Positions 54,401-64,000 of a stretch of DNA of 64,000 nt are shown here, piece by piece. The notes beneath the pieces are model-generated. The model was not told the origin of the DNA and made no database searches. It worked only from the letters and a program-made list of their open reading frames with translations. The number at the start of each line of letters is the position of its first letter. Within the stretch, counting starts at the first letter, position 1. This DNA comes from Nitrospirota bacterium (GTDB taxonomy: Bacteria > Nitrospirota > Thermodesulfovibrionia > Thermodesulfovibrionales > JdFR-86). Location: positions 591,837 through 655,836 of the forward strand of contig CAVRJY010000002.1 in assembly GCA_963721805.1 (NCBI GenBank), read 5' to 3'. The position numbers were made by a program, and so were the translations under genes.

Positions 54401-56044
54401 ATGGGAGATATGGGGACCATCCTGCTTTTCACGGACGCATCGGCCGAACAGGGCAGGATCGCTGCGATGCTCAAGGCCGAGGGCATGCCGGTCATCGAGA
54501 CCTCTAGCATATTCGAATCCATTCATTATCTTAAGGCAGAGGACGTCCGCATGGTCCTTGCCACCTCGAAGCTCAACCTGACCGAGGCGACCGAGTTCAA
54601 GGCGCTCGTCAAGTCGATCGATCCGGGGATCGGGGTCTTGTTCGTAAACACAGCGGACAACGGCAGCCAAAAGATAGAGATGGATGGCGAGGAGCTCGGG
54701 AGGTTCATCAGCCGCACGCTGCATGTCGAGCAGTCCATGCAAAAGCGCATGTCCGGGCTCAAGGATTTCTGCGTATCGTACACCGACAGGCTCATGCAGG
54801 TCTTCGGGGCCACTGGACGGTACATCTTCGGGCGCGACCACCTGGTCGCGCGCCTGTCGAGGCGGACCGCGCTCCAGATGGGCCTCCCGGCCGAGGCCGC
54901 TGAGACGGCGATGATCGCGGCCCTGCTCCGGGACCTCGGGATGCTGGGCATCGAGCACCAGCTGCTCGGAGAGAAGAAATCCCTCAATGCCCGCGAGCTG
55001 GCCCTCGTAAGAAAGCACACATCAAACACCGTGCACCTGCTTAAGGACGTCACCTTCCCCTGGAACGTGGACGTCGTCATACTGCAGCACCACGAAAACT
55101 ACGACGGCAGCGGATACCCCGGCAGGCTCAAGGGCCGGCAGATAGCGGTCGGCGCCCGCATTATCCGCATAGCTGATTCCTTTATCGCGATGACCACGCC
55201 GAGGCCCCACCGCCCGGCCATGAGCCACAACGAGGCCACGCAGGAGCTGATCCGCGGCACAGGGACCAAGTACGACCCCGAGGTGATCGAGGCGTTCCTC
55301 GCTGTCGCACGCGAGGACATGCCCCACGAAAGCCGGAGGCGCTCGGTCCTGATAATCGAGAGTTCGCCCAACATAGCCCCGATGGTCAAGCTCAGCGTGG
55401 ACCTCTCGAGCGTGGACATCTCCTCTGCTGACAACGGCGTGGACGCCGCAATCGCGATCAAAAAGAAGGTCCCCGACCTGATCGTGGCCGACGTAGACAC
55501 GCTCAAGATGAACACCATCATACACATTTTCAACTCAATGTACGAGGTGCCGGACTTGCAGGAGGCCCCGTTTATATTCGTCATCCCGACGCCCCAGCAC
55601 CCGAGACACTTCATAGGCGAGCACATACGCTACATCACCAAGCCGGTGGACATCGAAGAACTGCACATTGCGATCAAGACTCTCATGGCGAACAAGCATG
55701 AGCTGCCGCAGCAAGTGGTGGCGTCCAAGGGCATTAAGGGTTCGCTCAAGGATTTCAGCCTCGGCGAGATCGTACAGATCCTGCACCTCGGGCTCAAGAC
55801 CGCGCGTGTGGAAGTGACCCACGACGGCATGTCGAGCGTCGTGCATCTGGTGCAGGGCAATGTCGTGCACGCCTCAAACGGCAGGCTCACGGGCAAGGAC
55901 GCGTTTTTCGGGATGATGCGATGGGAAGCCGGAGCGTTCTGCATCGAGCACGGCGTAGCGCCGCCCGGACACAACATAAACTCTGACACGATGCACCTGC
56001 TCCTGGAGGCCGCGCGCCTGCAGGACGAGGCCGCAAGCCGCTAA
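54401..56044 (+). CDS. REC-like / degenerate HD-GYP / REC-like / DUF4388 (PATAN) protein
   Basis: ALLRDLG in place of [23 protein letters not shown]-terminal [13 protein letters not shown]...W..G.F...LLLEAAR..DE. Confidence 0.85.
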   Translation: MGDMGTILLFTDASAEQGRIAAMLKAEGMPVIETSSIFESIHYLKAEDVRMVLATSKLNLTEATEFKALVKSIDPGIGVLFVNTADNGSQKIEMDGEELGRFISRTLHVEQSMQKRMSGLKDFCVSYTDRLMQVFGATGRYIFGRDHLVARLSRRTALQMGLPAEAAETAMIAALLRDLGMLGIEHQLLGEKKSLNARELALVRKHTSNTVHLLKDVTFPWNVDVVILQHHENYDGSGYPGRLKGRQIAVGARIIRIADSFIAMTTPRPHRPAMSHNEATQELIRGTGTKYDPEVIEAFLAVAREDMPHESRRRSVLIIESSPNIAPMVKLSVDLSSVDISSADNGVDAAIAIKKKVPDLIVADVDTLKMNTIIHIFNSMYEVPDLQEAPFIFVIPTPQHPRHFIGEHIRYITKPVDIEELHIAIKTLMANKHELPQQVVASKGIKGSLKDFSLGEIVQILHLGLKTARVEVTHDGMSSVVHLVQGNVVHASNGRLTGKDAFFGMMRWEAGAFCIEHGVAPPGHNINSDTMHLLLEAARLQDEAASR

Positions 56045-56109
56045 TCCCGTACACTCGCCGCTTAGGCATAGCGGTAAACCAGAACAAAAAATGGAGGGCA
56101 GCAACGCAC

Positions 56110-56607
56110 ATGGCCGACGAACACTCATTCGACGTGGTAAGCAAGGTTGACATGCAGGAGGTCCTAAACGCGGTGCAGCAGGCCGAGAAGGAGCTCAGTC
56201 AGCGCTTTGACTTTAAGGGATCCAAGAGTAAGATAGAGTTGAGGAAGGAAAAATCCGAGATCGAGGTTACGTCGGACGACGACATGAAGCTCAAAAGCGT
56301 GCTCGACATACTTCAAAACAAGTTCGTAAAGCGGCAGGTCCCGCTTAAGTCGATCTCGTACGGCAAGGTCGAGCCCGCGGCGGGAAGCACCGTGCGGCAG
56401 TTGATCACGCTTCAGCAGGGCATAGCGACCGAGAAGGCCAAGGAGCTCGTAAAGCTCATCAAGGACACGAAGCTCAAGGTCCAGACCGAGATCCAGAAAG
56501 ACCAGCTCCGCGTGCGAGGCAAGAACATCGACGACCTGCAGGCCGTGATAAAGCTGCTCAAGGAAAAGGAATTCGACTTCCACCTGGAATGCATAAACTA
56601 CCGTTAA
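56110..56607 (+). CDS. yajQ: YajQ family nucleotide/c-di-GMP-binding protein
   Basis: [20 protein letters not shown] and NYR motifs. Confidence 0.95.
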   Translation: MADEHSFDVVSKVDMQEVLNAVQQAEKELSQRFDFKGSKSKIELRKEKSEIEVTSDDDMKLKSVLDILQNKFVKRQVPLKSISYGKVEPAAGSTVRQLITLQQGIATEKAKELVKLIKDTKLKVQTEIQKDQLRVRGKNIDDLQAVIKLLKEKEFDFHLECINYR

Positions 56608-57884
56608 TTCAAATAGCGGCCCTGACCGCGCTCGTCTGGCTGGCGACGCTGGCCCCGGCTCTCCATGCCGAGGCGGCCACCGTGATGGTCGCGACAGTCG
56701 ACGGCCCGATAAGCCCCGGCTCGGCCGAGTACATCGTGGGCTCAATCGGGCGGGCCGAGGACGCTAACGCCGAGGCGTTGGTTATCCAGCTCGACACGCC
56801 CGGCGGGCTCGATTCCTCGATGCGCGATATCATAAAGCGCATCCTTGCAAGCCGGGTTCCGGTCGTGGTGTACGTATCGCCCTCAGGTGCGCGCGACGCC
56901 TCGGCCGGGGTATTCATCACGATGGCGGCTCACATCGCGGCCATGGCCCCGCAGACGAACATCGGCGCTGCGCACCCCGTATCGCTCGGCGAGAAACTTG
57001 ACGCTACGATGACCGAGAAGGTGACGAACGATGCGGTCGCATATATAAAGTCCCTGGCCGAGCAGCGCGGCCGCAACGCCTCATGGGCCGAGGACGCTGT
57101 GCGCAAGAGCGTGTCGGTGACCGAGCAGGAGGCGCTTAAGCTAGGCGTGATCGACCTCGTGGCCCCTAACCTCGACGCGCTGCTTGTCGCTATTGACGGC
57201 CGCACGGTCAAGCTCGCGACGGGAGAGCGCAAGCTCAGCACCGCGCACGCAACGGTCGTAAGGCTCGATATGGGCATCCGTGACAGGATTCTCCGCACGA
57301 TCACGGACCCCAACGTCGCTTACATCCTGATGATGCTGGGCATCTACGGACTGTTTTTCGAGCTCACGAATCCCGGCGCGGTCTTCCCCGGAGTGCTCGG
57401 CGCTATATGCCTGATACTCGCGTTCTATTCGTTTCAGACCCTGACTGTCAACTACGCAGGGGTGCTGCTCATTATATTGGCGGTGGTGCTCTTCGTGTTC
57501 GAGACCCAGATAGTCTCGCACGGGGTGCTTGCGATAGGAGGCACCGTGGCTTTAGCTCTGGGCTCGCTGATGCTGTTTGAGAATTCCGGCCCGTTCATGC
57601 GCATCTCATATGCTGTGCTCATCCCGGCGCTTGTGATTACGAGCGCGTTTTTCATCGTCACCGTGATGCTCGCGGTGCGCTCGATGCGCCGCCATCCCGT
57701 GACAGGGGCCGAGAGCATGGTGGGCAGGGAGGGCAGGGCGGCCTCCGACATAACGCCCGAGGGAGGCTCGGCCGCGCTGCACGGCGAGCACTGGGGCGCG
57801 TTTTCGGATGAGCCGATACCAAAGGACTCGAAGATAATCGTTGAGGCCGTCGTGGGCCTTAAACTCAAGGTAAGAAAACTCTAA
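56589..57884 (+). CDS. nfeD: NfeD long form (membrane serine protease)
   Basis: LDTPGG, ASAG, NIGAAHP, TM region and C-terminal OB fold (GEHW). Confidence 0.93.
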   Translation: MHKLPLIQIAALTALVWLATLAPALHAEAATVMVATVDGPISPGSAEYIVGSIGRAEDANAEALVIQLDTPGGLDSSMRDIIKRILASRVPVVVYVSPSGARDASAGVFITMAAHIAAMAPQTNIGAAHPVSLGEKLDATMTEKVTNDAVAYIKSLAEQRGRNASWAEDAVRKSVSVTEQEALKLGVIDLVAPNLDALLVAIDGRTVKLATGERKLSTAHATVVRLDMGIRDRILRTITDPNVAYILMMLGIYGLFFELTNPGAVFPGVLGAICLILAFYSFQTLTVNYAGVLLIILAVVLFVFETQIVSHGVLAIGGTVALALGSLMLFENSGPFMRISYAVLIPALVITSAFFIVTVMLAVRSMRRHPVTGAESMVGREGRAASDITPEGGSAALHGEHWGAFSDEPIPKDSKIIVEAVVGLKLKVRKL

Positions 57885-57897
57885 AGGAGGATCAAAT

Positions 57898-58665
57898 ATG
57901 CCGGGACAGATCATAGGGACGTCGATCATGAGCACGATTTTTATCGTTATCGTGCTGTTTTACTTTTTCACCTCGGCGGTGAAGATATTGAAGGAGTACG
58001 AGCGCGGTGTGGTCTTCAGGCTAGGCCGCATCATCCCACTCAAGGGCCCGGGGCTTGTGATTATATGGCCCATAATCGACAAGCTTGTGAGGATCGGCCT
58101 CCGCACGGTGACAATGGACGTGCCGTCTCAAGACGTAATCACTCGCGATAACGTCACGGTGAAGGTCAACGCGGTCGTCTACTTCCGTCCGCTGGACCCG
58201 ATCAAGGCGGTCACCGAGGTAGAGGACTACTACTACGCGACTAGCCAGATAGCGCAGACCACGCTGAGGAGCATCCTCGGGCAGTCTCAGCTTGACGACC
58301 TGCTCACGAAGCGCGAGGAGTTGAACATCAGCCTTCAAAAAGTGATCGACGAGCAGACCGAGCCCTGGGGCATAAAGGTCTCGGCGGTCGAGGTCAAGAA
58401 CGTTGACCTGCCCGAGGAGATGCAGCGCGCCATAGCCAAGCAGGCCGAGGCCGAGCGCGAGCGCCGCGCCAAGGTCATCCACGCCGAGGGCGAGTTCCAG
58501 GCCTCGCAGAAGCTCGCTGACGCAGCGAAGATCATAGGGTCCGAGCCGGCAACCCTGCAGCTTCGCTACCTCCAGACTCTGACCGAAATCGCGACCGAGA
58601 AGAACTCAACGATCATCTTCCCGCTGCCGATAGACCTGATCAAGATGTTTTTTGACAAAAAATAA
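57898..58665 (+). CDS. SPFH/stomatin-like protein
   Basis: [36 protein letters not shown] and LRYLQTL motifs. Confidence 0.95.
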   Translation: MPGQIIGTSIMSTIFIVIVLFYFFTSAVKILKEYERGVVFRLGRIIPLKGPGLVIIWPIIDKLVRIGLRTVTMDVPSQDVITRDNVTVKVNAVVYFRPLDPIKAVTEVEDYYYATSQIAQTTLRSILGQSQLDDLLTKREELNISLQKVIDEQTEPWGIKVSAVEVKNVDLPEEMQRAIAKQAEAERERRAKVIHAEGEFQASQKLADAAKIIGSEPATLQLRYLQTLTEIATEKNSTIIFPLPIDLIKMFFDKK

Positions 58666-58678
58666 CACTAATAAATAA

Positions 58679-58708
58679 CCCGTGGTGGCCATCTCTGGCC
58701 ATCACGGG
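58679..58708. terminator. Hairpin between convergent genes
   Basis: CCCGTGGTGGCCA-TCTC-TGGCCATCACGGG. Confidence 0.6.
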
Positions 58709-58736
58709 TCGATATTTCACGTCAATCGGCTTAATC

Positions 58737-59918
58737 CTAGTGTTTCGAGAATCCTCTGTGCTCAGGGGCAACGAACGCGACAGATAGTCCCGCGTCCGTG
58801 AAAAGATTGCGCACCTCTTCGAGGTTTTTTCCGTCGCCTGGCACCACGCCGCCTGCGCATCCCGCGTCGATCAGAAGTTCCGTGCCCTCGCGGAGGTCAT
58901 CCTTAAGCAGATCCTTAAACGCTTCGGTGATGATCTGAATCGCCTCCCTCGCGCCCTTGCCGCGTCCGCGCTCGATCTTCGAGCTAAACTCCGCTGCCAG
59001 ATCCCTGCCCTCCGGCAGGTGTCCTTTCGCGTAGGGGAAAAAGCCGTCGGATGCGAAGACCGCGCCCTTCGTCGAGTGGCCCGAGCGCGCCGCCCTCTCC
59101 AAGCAGAGCCTCACGCACGCGATCCTGTCCTGCTGCCCGCAGCCGAGTCCGATCAGCATCCCGTTACGCACGAGCGCGACGGTATTGCTGCTGGCTCTCC
59201 AGCATACGGCCCATGCGACAAGCAAACTCTCAAATGATGCGCGGTCAAGCTCCTTGCCGGACCACGATGCGACCTCCGCGGGTGTGAGCACGAACCTCGG
59301 GGACTTCTGGCGCAGGAACCCACCGCGCACCGGCTGGAGCATCCACTCGTCAGTCGGCAGGGACGCGGCCGCCAGATGTTTATTCGAAAGCAGGCGGCGC
59401 TTCTCGCGCTTGCCGAGTTTCTCGATCGCGCCTTCCGAAAACGAAGGGGCGAAGAGGATGTCGAGCCCCCAGTTGTGGCGGCCTATATCGAGCCCCTCAC
59501 GAGGCGCGAAGAGCAGCTGCCCTAGTTCGTCCGTCACGGGGAAGTTCACCGCGACTTCGCCGCCCATCACCGCGATGTAGTCGCCCACTAACCCCTTTTC
59601 TACGGCTTCGGCGGCAGAGGTCCAGCTTATGGCCGCGCCGCAGGGGTTTCCGTGCTTTCCGGCCACGACGATATGCGGGGCCTTGCCGTAAGAGCGCCGG
59701 AAGGCCTCGGCTATGAGGCAGAGGATATTTATTATCTGGCTTCCGTCGGCATAGCTGATGTAGCTCGGCGCGCCGGAAATCAGCTCGAAGTGCCTGAGCG
59801 AGAGAGGGTCGGAGCTGGATGCGTCCGGGAGCAGGTGAGCGGGGTTCTGGTCGCGATTTTCCGCGTATGCAAGCTCGATCATCCCGCCTATGCGTATGTC
59901 GAATCCACTATCTGACAT
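58737..59918 (-). CDS. Stand-alone AICAR transformylase-like protein (PurH C-terminal domain only)
   Basis: YAENRDQ (cf. YGENPHQ), KHGNPCG, SNTV, GCGQQDR and ASDGFFP; no N-terminal IMP cyclohydrolase domain. Confidence 0.8.
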   Translation of the reverse strand: MSDSGFDIRIGGMIELAYAENRDQNPAHLLPDASSSDPLSLRHFELISGAPSYISYADGSQIINILCLIAEAFRRSYGKAPHIVVAGKHGNPCGAAISWTSAAEAVEKGLVGDYIAVMGGEVAVNFPVTDELGQLLFAPREGLDIGRHNWGLDILFAPSFSEGAIEKLGKREKRRLLSNKHLAAASLPTDEWMLQPVRGGFLRQKSPRFVLTPAEVASWSGKELDRASFESLLVAWAVCWRASSNTVALVRNGMLIGLGCGQQDRIACVRLCLERAARSGHSTKGAVFASDGFFPYAKGHLPEGRDLAAEFSSKIERGRGKGAREAIQIITEAFKDLLKDDLREGTELLIDAGCAGGVVPGDGKNLEEVRNLFTDAGLSVAFVAPEHRGFSKH

Positions 59919-59936
59919 GAAAGGATCCCTCCGTAA

Positions 59937-60920
59937 TTACCACTTGATAAGGGCCGAGGCCCAGGTGAGGCCGCCGCCGAAGGCGATGAGCATGACGTTG
60001 TCCCCGCGCTGGATGCGGCCCTCGCGCACGGCCTCGTCTAGCGCTATCGGGATGCTTGCGGCCGAGGTGTTGCCGTATTTCATTAGGTTGACATAGACCT
60101 TTTCCATCGGCAGTTCGAGACGGTTGGCGATGGCCTGTATTATGCGCATGTTGGCCTGATGCGGGATCAGGAGCGACAGGTCGGACTTCTGCAGGCCGTT
60201 TTGCGCGAGTGTCTCAAGCGCTATAGACTCCATGCTCTTGACCGCGACCTTGAAGGTCTCGTTGCCGCGCATCTTGATGCAGTGTAGCCCGGAGTCCACC
60301 GTGGCATGAGTTGCGGGGTTGCATGAACCTCCGCCCGGGACCATCAGAAGGTCGCCGTATGCGCCGTCCGAGCGCATGCTTACCGACTGTATCCCGTGCA
60401 TGTCGGGCGAGGGCTCGAGCACGACCGCCCCGGCTCCGTCGCCGAACAGCACGCAGGTGGTCCTGTCGTTCCAGTCCGTTATCTTCGAGATGACCTCGCA
60501 GCCGACGACCAGGACCTTCTTGTTCATCCCGCTTCGGATGAACCCTGACGCAACGCCGAGGGAGTAAAGGAACCCGGAGCACGCCGCGCTCAGGTCGAAC
60601 GCGGCAGCGTTTTTTGCGCCGAGCTTCTGCTGAAGTATGCAGCCGGTGGACGGAAACGCCATATCCGGCGTGGCCGTGGCCACGATGATGAGATCCAGCT
60701 CAGAGGGCATCGTCCCGGCTGATTTAAGCGCGGCCTTCGCGGCCTCTAGCGCGAGGTCCGATGCGGACTGGTCCGGCCTCGCGATATGGCGCTCCTTGAT
60801 GCCGGTGCGCTCGGTTATCCACTCGTCGGAGGTATCGACCATCTTCGAGAGGTCGAGATTTGTAAGCACGCGCTCGGGCACGTACGAGCCGGTTCCGGCG
60901 ATCCTAACCCTGGGGAGCAT
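59937..60920 (-). CDS. fabH: 3-oxoacyl-ACP synthase III
   Basis: DTSDEWI, AACSGF, FGDGAGA, PHQAN and GNTSAAS motifs. Confidence 0.97.
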   Translation of the reverse strand: MLPRVRIAGTGSYVPERVLTNLDLSKMVDTSDEWITERTGIKERHIARPDQSASDLALEAAKAALKSAGTMPSELDLIIVATATPDMAFPSTGCILQQKLGAKNAAAFDLSAACSGFLYSLGVASGFIRSGMNKKVLVVGCEVISKITDWNDRTTCVLFGDGAGAVVLEPSPDMHGIQSVSMRSDGAYGDLLMVPGGGSCNPATHATVDSGLHCIKMRGNETFKVAVKSMESIALETLAQNGLQKSDLSLLIPHQANMRIIQAIANRLELPMEKVYVNLMKYGNTSAASIPIALDEAVREGRIQRGDNVMLIAFGGGLTWASALIKW

Positions 60921-61932
60921 CGGCGACCTCCCTTGCGGCCAGGCTGGCCCTGATCTCCGTGGCTATGGCCGCGCAGACGTTCTTGCGCGCGAGGTCCGAA
61001 GCGTTGCGTATAGCGTTTTTTATCGCCTTGGCGTTAGAGCGGCCGTGGCTTATAAGGCATGCGCCGTTTAGGCCCAACAGCGGCGCGCCGCCGTATTCGT
61101 CATAGTGGAGGTTTTTGCCGAAGCGTTTCAGGGCCGGGATCATCAGCAGGTATCCGAGCCTTCCGAGCACAGAGGCCCGGACCTCGCGGCCGAGCATCTT
61201 CATCACGACATCGACCAGGCCCTCGCTGGTCTTTAAGAATATATTGCCGACGAACCCGTCGCAGACGATTACGTCGGCGCCGCCCATGAAGATGTCCTTT
61301 GATTCTATGTTGCCTATGAAGTTGATGTTAGAGGACTTAAGGAGCTTGCAGGTCTCTTTCGTGAGTTCGTTGCCCTTGGATTCCTCCTCGCCGATCGAGA
61401 GCACCGCGACGGCAGGGCGGTCCTTGTCGAACTGCAGGCGGAAGTAGGCATCTCCCATCAGGGCGAACTGAAAGAGGTTCTCGGGCGAGCAGTCAACGTT
61501 AGCGCCAGCATCGAGGAGCAGGAAGGGGTGCTTATAGCTCGGCATGAAGGTGGCGATAGCGGGCCTTGCGACCCCTTCGGCGGCCCCGAGCAGATACATC
61601 GCGAGAGCCATCGCGGCCCCGGAATTACCGGCCGATACCGCGGCGTCGGCCTCGCCTTTTTTTACCAGCTCGATTGCGCGCCGCAGGGACGAGTCCGGCT
61701 TACGGCGTATGGCCATAGAGGGGGAGTCGTCCATAAGGATGGTCTCGGAGGCGTGCACCACGCTTACGCGCCCCTTGGGCGCCTTGCGCGCTACGAGTTC
61801 ATGTTCGATAGCGGCGCGGTCGCCTACGAGCAGTACCTCGACGCCATCGAGTTCATTGACCGCCATAACAGCGCCCTCGACGGTCACGGAGGGGGCGTGG
61901 TCGCCCCCCATGGCATCGAGCGCGATCCTCAT
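60904..61932 (-). CDS. plsX: Phosphate acyltransferase PlsX
   Basis: DAMGGD, SAGNSGA, LDAGAN, DGFVGN and GGAPLLG motifs. Confidence 0.97.
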   Translation of the reverse strand: MRIALDAMGGDHAPSVTVEGAVMAVNELDGVEVLLVGDRAAIEHELVARKAPKGRVSVVHASETILMDDSPSMAIRRKPDSSLRRAIELVKKGEADAAVSAGNSGAAMALAMYLLGAAEGVARPAIATFMPSYKHPFLLLDAGANVDCSPENLFQFALMGDAYFRLQFDKDRPAVAVLSIGEEESKGNELTKETCKLLKSSNINFIGNIESKDIFMGGADVIVCDGFVGNIFLKTSEGLVDVVMKMLGREVRASVLGRLGYLLMIPALKRFGKNLHYDEYGGAPLLGLNGACLISHGRSNAKAIKNAIRNASDLARKNVCAAIATEIRASLAAREVADAPQG

Positions 61933-62117
61933 GCCTCTTTTTCGACTGTCAGGAGGACCTTTCTTCCGTTATACGATCCACAGCTGGTGCAGACCCTGTG
62001 CGGGAGCTTCGGCTCCTTGCAGTCGGGGCATGTCATGAGGTTAGGGGTAGTCCCCTTCCAGTTGGCCCTGCGCTTGTCGCGCCTGCTTCTGGTATGTCTG
62101 TGTGTTGGGTTTGCCAT
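61929..62117 (-). CDS. rpmF: 50S ribosomal protein L32 (Zn-binding form)
   Basis: CPDC...PHRVCTSCGSY. Confidence 0.96.
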   Translation of the reverse strand: MANPTHRHTRSRRDKRRANWKGTTPNLMTCPDCKEPKLPHRVCTSCGSYNGRKVLLTVEKEA

Positions 62118-62124
62118 CTTCTCT

Positions 62125-62634
62125 CTACTGCTCCTTTCCTTTTTTGAGTCTCTCGAGGGCCGCGAGGCGGGGGTCGGTCAATTTCCGGCCACAGCCGCAG
62201 TCCATTTCGTTTCTGTTGGCCCCGCACTCGGGGCATATACCCTTGCAGTCCTCGCTGCACAGGGGCTTCATCGGCGCGTTCAGCAATACCTGCTCGTGCG
62301 ATACCTCATCCATGTCGATCACATCGTCGTTATAAAAGCCCGTGTCGAGTTCGTCCGGCTGAAGCTCCGAGTCCTCTGCGTCGATCTCGGCCGCCGGGCG
62401 GTAGACCAGCTCTATCGGCACCTCGAGCGCGGCGTCGAACTCCTTGAGGCAGCGGCTGCACACGTAATGCATCTGCGCGGTTACGCTCCCGGTGATCAGG
62501 ACTTCGGTCTCGATCTTCTGCACGCGGGCGTCGATCGTGGCCTCGGTGCGGCTGCCATCGGCATCCTGCCACGAGACGCGCTCGTCATGTATTTCCAGTC
62601 CCTCTTCGGGTATCTCGGATACAACGATCTTCAT
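62125..62634 (-). CDS. yceD: YceD/DUF177 protein
   Basis: CSRCL, LCSEDCKGICPECG and DPRLAAL; canonical yceD-rpmF-plsX-fabH order. Confidence 0.93.
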   Translation of the reverse strand: MKIVVSEIPEEGLEIHDERVSWQDADGSRTEATIDARVQKIETEVLITGSVTAQMHYVCSRCLKEFDAALEVPIELVYRPAAEIDAEDSELQPDELDTGFYNDDVIDMDEVSHEQVLLNAPMKPLCSEDCKGICPECGANRNEMDCGCGRKLTDPRLAALERLKKGKEQ

Positions 62635-62685
62635 GGAATGCATATTTTATACTGTTTGGGCGGAAATTTCCAATCAGACGGGCGG

Positions 62686-62850
62686 TTATTTATCATCCGG
62701 CGGCCCTGCCTGGGGTTCGGGGCGGCAGATCGGGCAAAACAGTTCCCCGCGCTCTAGCGGGCAGCAGTGGCCGCAGCCGTCCAGGCAGCATAAGCAAGAA
62801 TCGGCCGGCCGGCCGCAGATCGCGCATATTTTACCGTTTTCGGAGTTCAT
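62686..62850 (-). CDS. Cys-rich micro-protein (54 aa, 10 Cys), below ORF-track cutoff
   Basis: MNSENGKICAICGRPADSCLCCLDGCGHCCPLERGELFCPICRPEPQAGPPDDK; no SD seen. Confidence 0.55.
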   Translation of the reverse strand: MNSENGKICAICGRPADSCLCCLDGCGHCCPLERGELFCPICRPEPQAGPPDDK

Positions 62851-62870
62851 AGGGAAAAGGGCAAAAAAAA

Positions 62871-62986
<116 letters not shown>

Positions 62987-63040
62987 AGCAATAAAATAAC
63001 ACAGGTCGGCTGAATATATCAAGTGACCCGTGCCGTATAG

Positions 63041-63478
63041 CTAAAACAATATACCCAGCCCGATCAGGACCTGCGCCGAATATACCGCTGCGAGCGATAA
63101 GCCCACCCAGCGGTGCCGCCTGCGCGTTGCGTCATCGGCGGGCCGGATGCTCTTTGAAGAAATCCACTGGTGTGCGAGGCCTGCGACTATTAGCGCGCCG
63201 AGGGTCAGGTGATATGGGTGGTCGAGGACCCGGCCGGTGTCCAGAATAATCAGGGTCAGACCGACGATAAAACCGCCCGCTGCAAGCACCGCCAGGTACG
63301 GGCCGGTCTGGCGGTGACGCTTCTGAACTGCCGGGTTGCGAATGCCACTGATGCGCGCCGACCTGATCTTGAGGCCCATGTAAAGCTGGAAACATGCAAA
63401 CATGTAAACCAAAAAATTATATGCCCCGTGCACATACCTGAGTGTGGCTATCGTCTGCTTGTCTATCAATGGTGTCAT
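63041..63478 (-). CDS. DUF4079-like His-containing membrane protein
   Basis: Four hydrophobic segments with His residues (YVHG, RHR, PYHL, RHRW). Confidence 0.75.
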   Translation of the reverse strand: MTPLIDKQTIATLRYVHGAYNFLVYMFACFQLYMGLKIRSARISGIRNPAVQKRHRQTGPYLAVLAAGGFIVGLTLIILDTGRVLDHPYHLTLGALIVAGLAHQWISSKSIRPADDATRRRHRWVGLSLAAVYSAQVLIGLGILF

Positions 63479-63600
63479 AGCCAGATTATAGTACAATAAC
63501 GCCCGCTTGGCTAATTATAATCGGAGGCGCTGATCGCCCCAGCCAAGTTGACCGCCCGGTTTTTGATGTGCTAATGTTAATACTGTTCTTTTTTGGCTGT

Positions 63601-63674
63601 TGGGGAGTAGTGTAAGGGCAACACGACTGACTCTGGCTCAGTTTATAGGGGTTCGAATCCTCTCTCCCCAGCCA
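63601..63674 (+). tRNA. tRNA-Gln (CTG)
   Basis: TGGGGAG/CTCCCCA acceptor stem, ACTGA-CTCTGGC-TCAGT anticodon arm, GGTTCGAATCC, CCA end. Confidence 0.93.
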
Positions 63675-63704
63675 CAGACTTTTTTTAATTTTTTGGCCAA
63701 GGTC

Positions 63705-63780
63705 GGTCCCATCGTCTAGAGGCCTAGGACATAGCCCTCTCAAGGCTAAGACACGGGTTCGAATCCCGTTGGGACTACCA
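63705..63780 (+). tRNA. tRNA-Glu (CTC)
   Basis: GGTCCCA/TGGGACT acceptor stem, TAGCC-CTCTCAA-GGCTA anticodon arm, CCA end. Confidence 0.95.
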
Positions 63781-63786
63781 ACGAAA

Positions 63787-63933
63787 TCAAGGGGTTACGC
63801 TCTGCGTGGCCCCTTTTTCTTGCCCGACTATGACCAAATCATGACCAAACTTTTCCAAGGTTGCGACCGCCGAGGCCAGATTTGAGGCAGCGAGGTGAGC
63901 ATAGCGCTGCGTCATACGACCGTCCTTATGACC
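63787..63933 (-). pseudogene. Tyrosine integrase C-terminal remnant next to tRNA-Glu
   Basis: GHKDGRMTQRYAHLAASNLASAVATLE... (catalytic H/Y box); an in-frame TGA lies about 14 codons upstream. Confidence 0.75.
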
Positions 63934-64000
63934 GATATTCTGATACAGGAACTTACCATATGTGGAAGACGTGGTTCATTCCGAATCACCTGAGATAGCA

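Overview
GC-rich core chromosomal region of a bacterium. The 16S sequence and gene content suggest Nitrospirota (Thermodesulfovibrionia-like); this is my inference, not a database result. From left to right it holds: a GAF/PAS histidine kinase with a response regulator; a TatD-radical SAM fusion; apgM; porCDAB running directly into mglBA; a GT2/radical SAM pair; an AT-rich accessory patch (about 12.3-13.6 kb) with a SEC-C micro-protein that may contain selenocysteine, a 27-bp-arm palindrome and two tandem 56-aa paralogues; mqnP; tamB with an Omp85 gene; a frameshifted rlmN; tpiA-secG-ABC binding protein-glgC-malQ; a full rRNA operon with large insertions in both 16S and 23S; radA; thiD; a group 3b [NiFe]-hydrogenase operon; mqnB; a PilZ-REC-PilZ gene; thiE-accC-accB-efp-pepP-aroQ-copZ; a small SoxA/TsdA-like cytochrome c; a short uvrA; apbE; a degenerate HD-GYP/PATAN gene; yajQ; nfeD-stomatin; a stand-alone AICAR transformylase-like gene; and fabH-plsX-rpmF-yceD. 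The right end has an unannotated Cys-rich micro-ORF, an orphan second 5S rRNA, tRNA-Gln, tRNA-Glu and a tyrosine-integrase remnant. Across the window many genes have a -10 box only 5-9 nt before the start codon, which suggests widespread leaderless mRNAs. No CRISPR array was seen.
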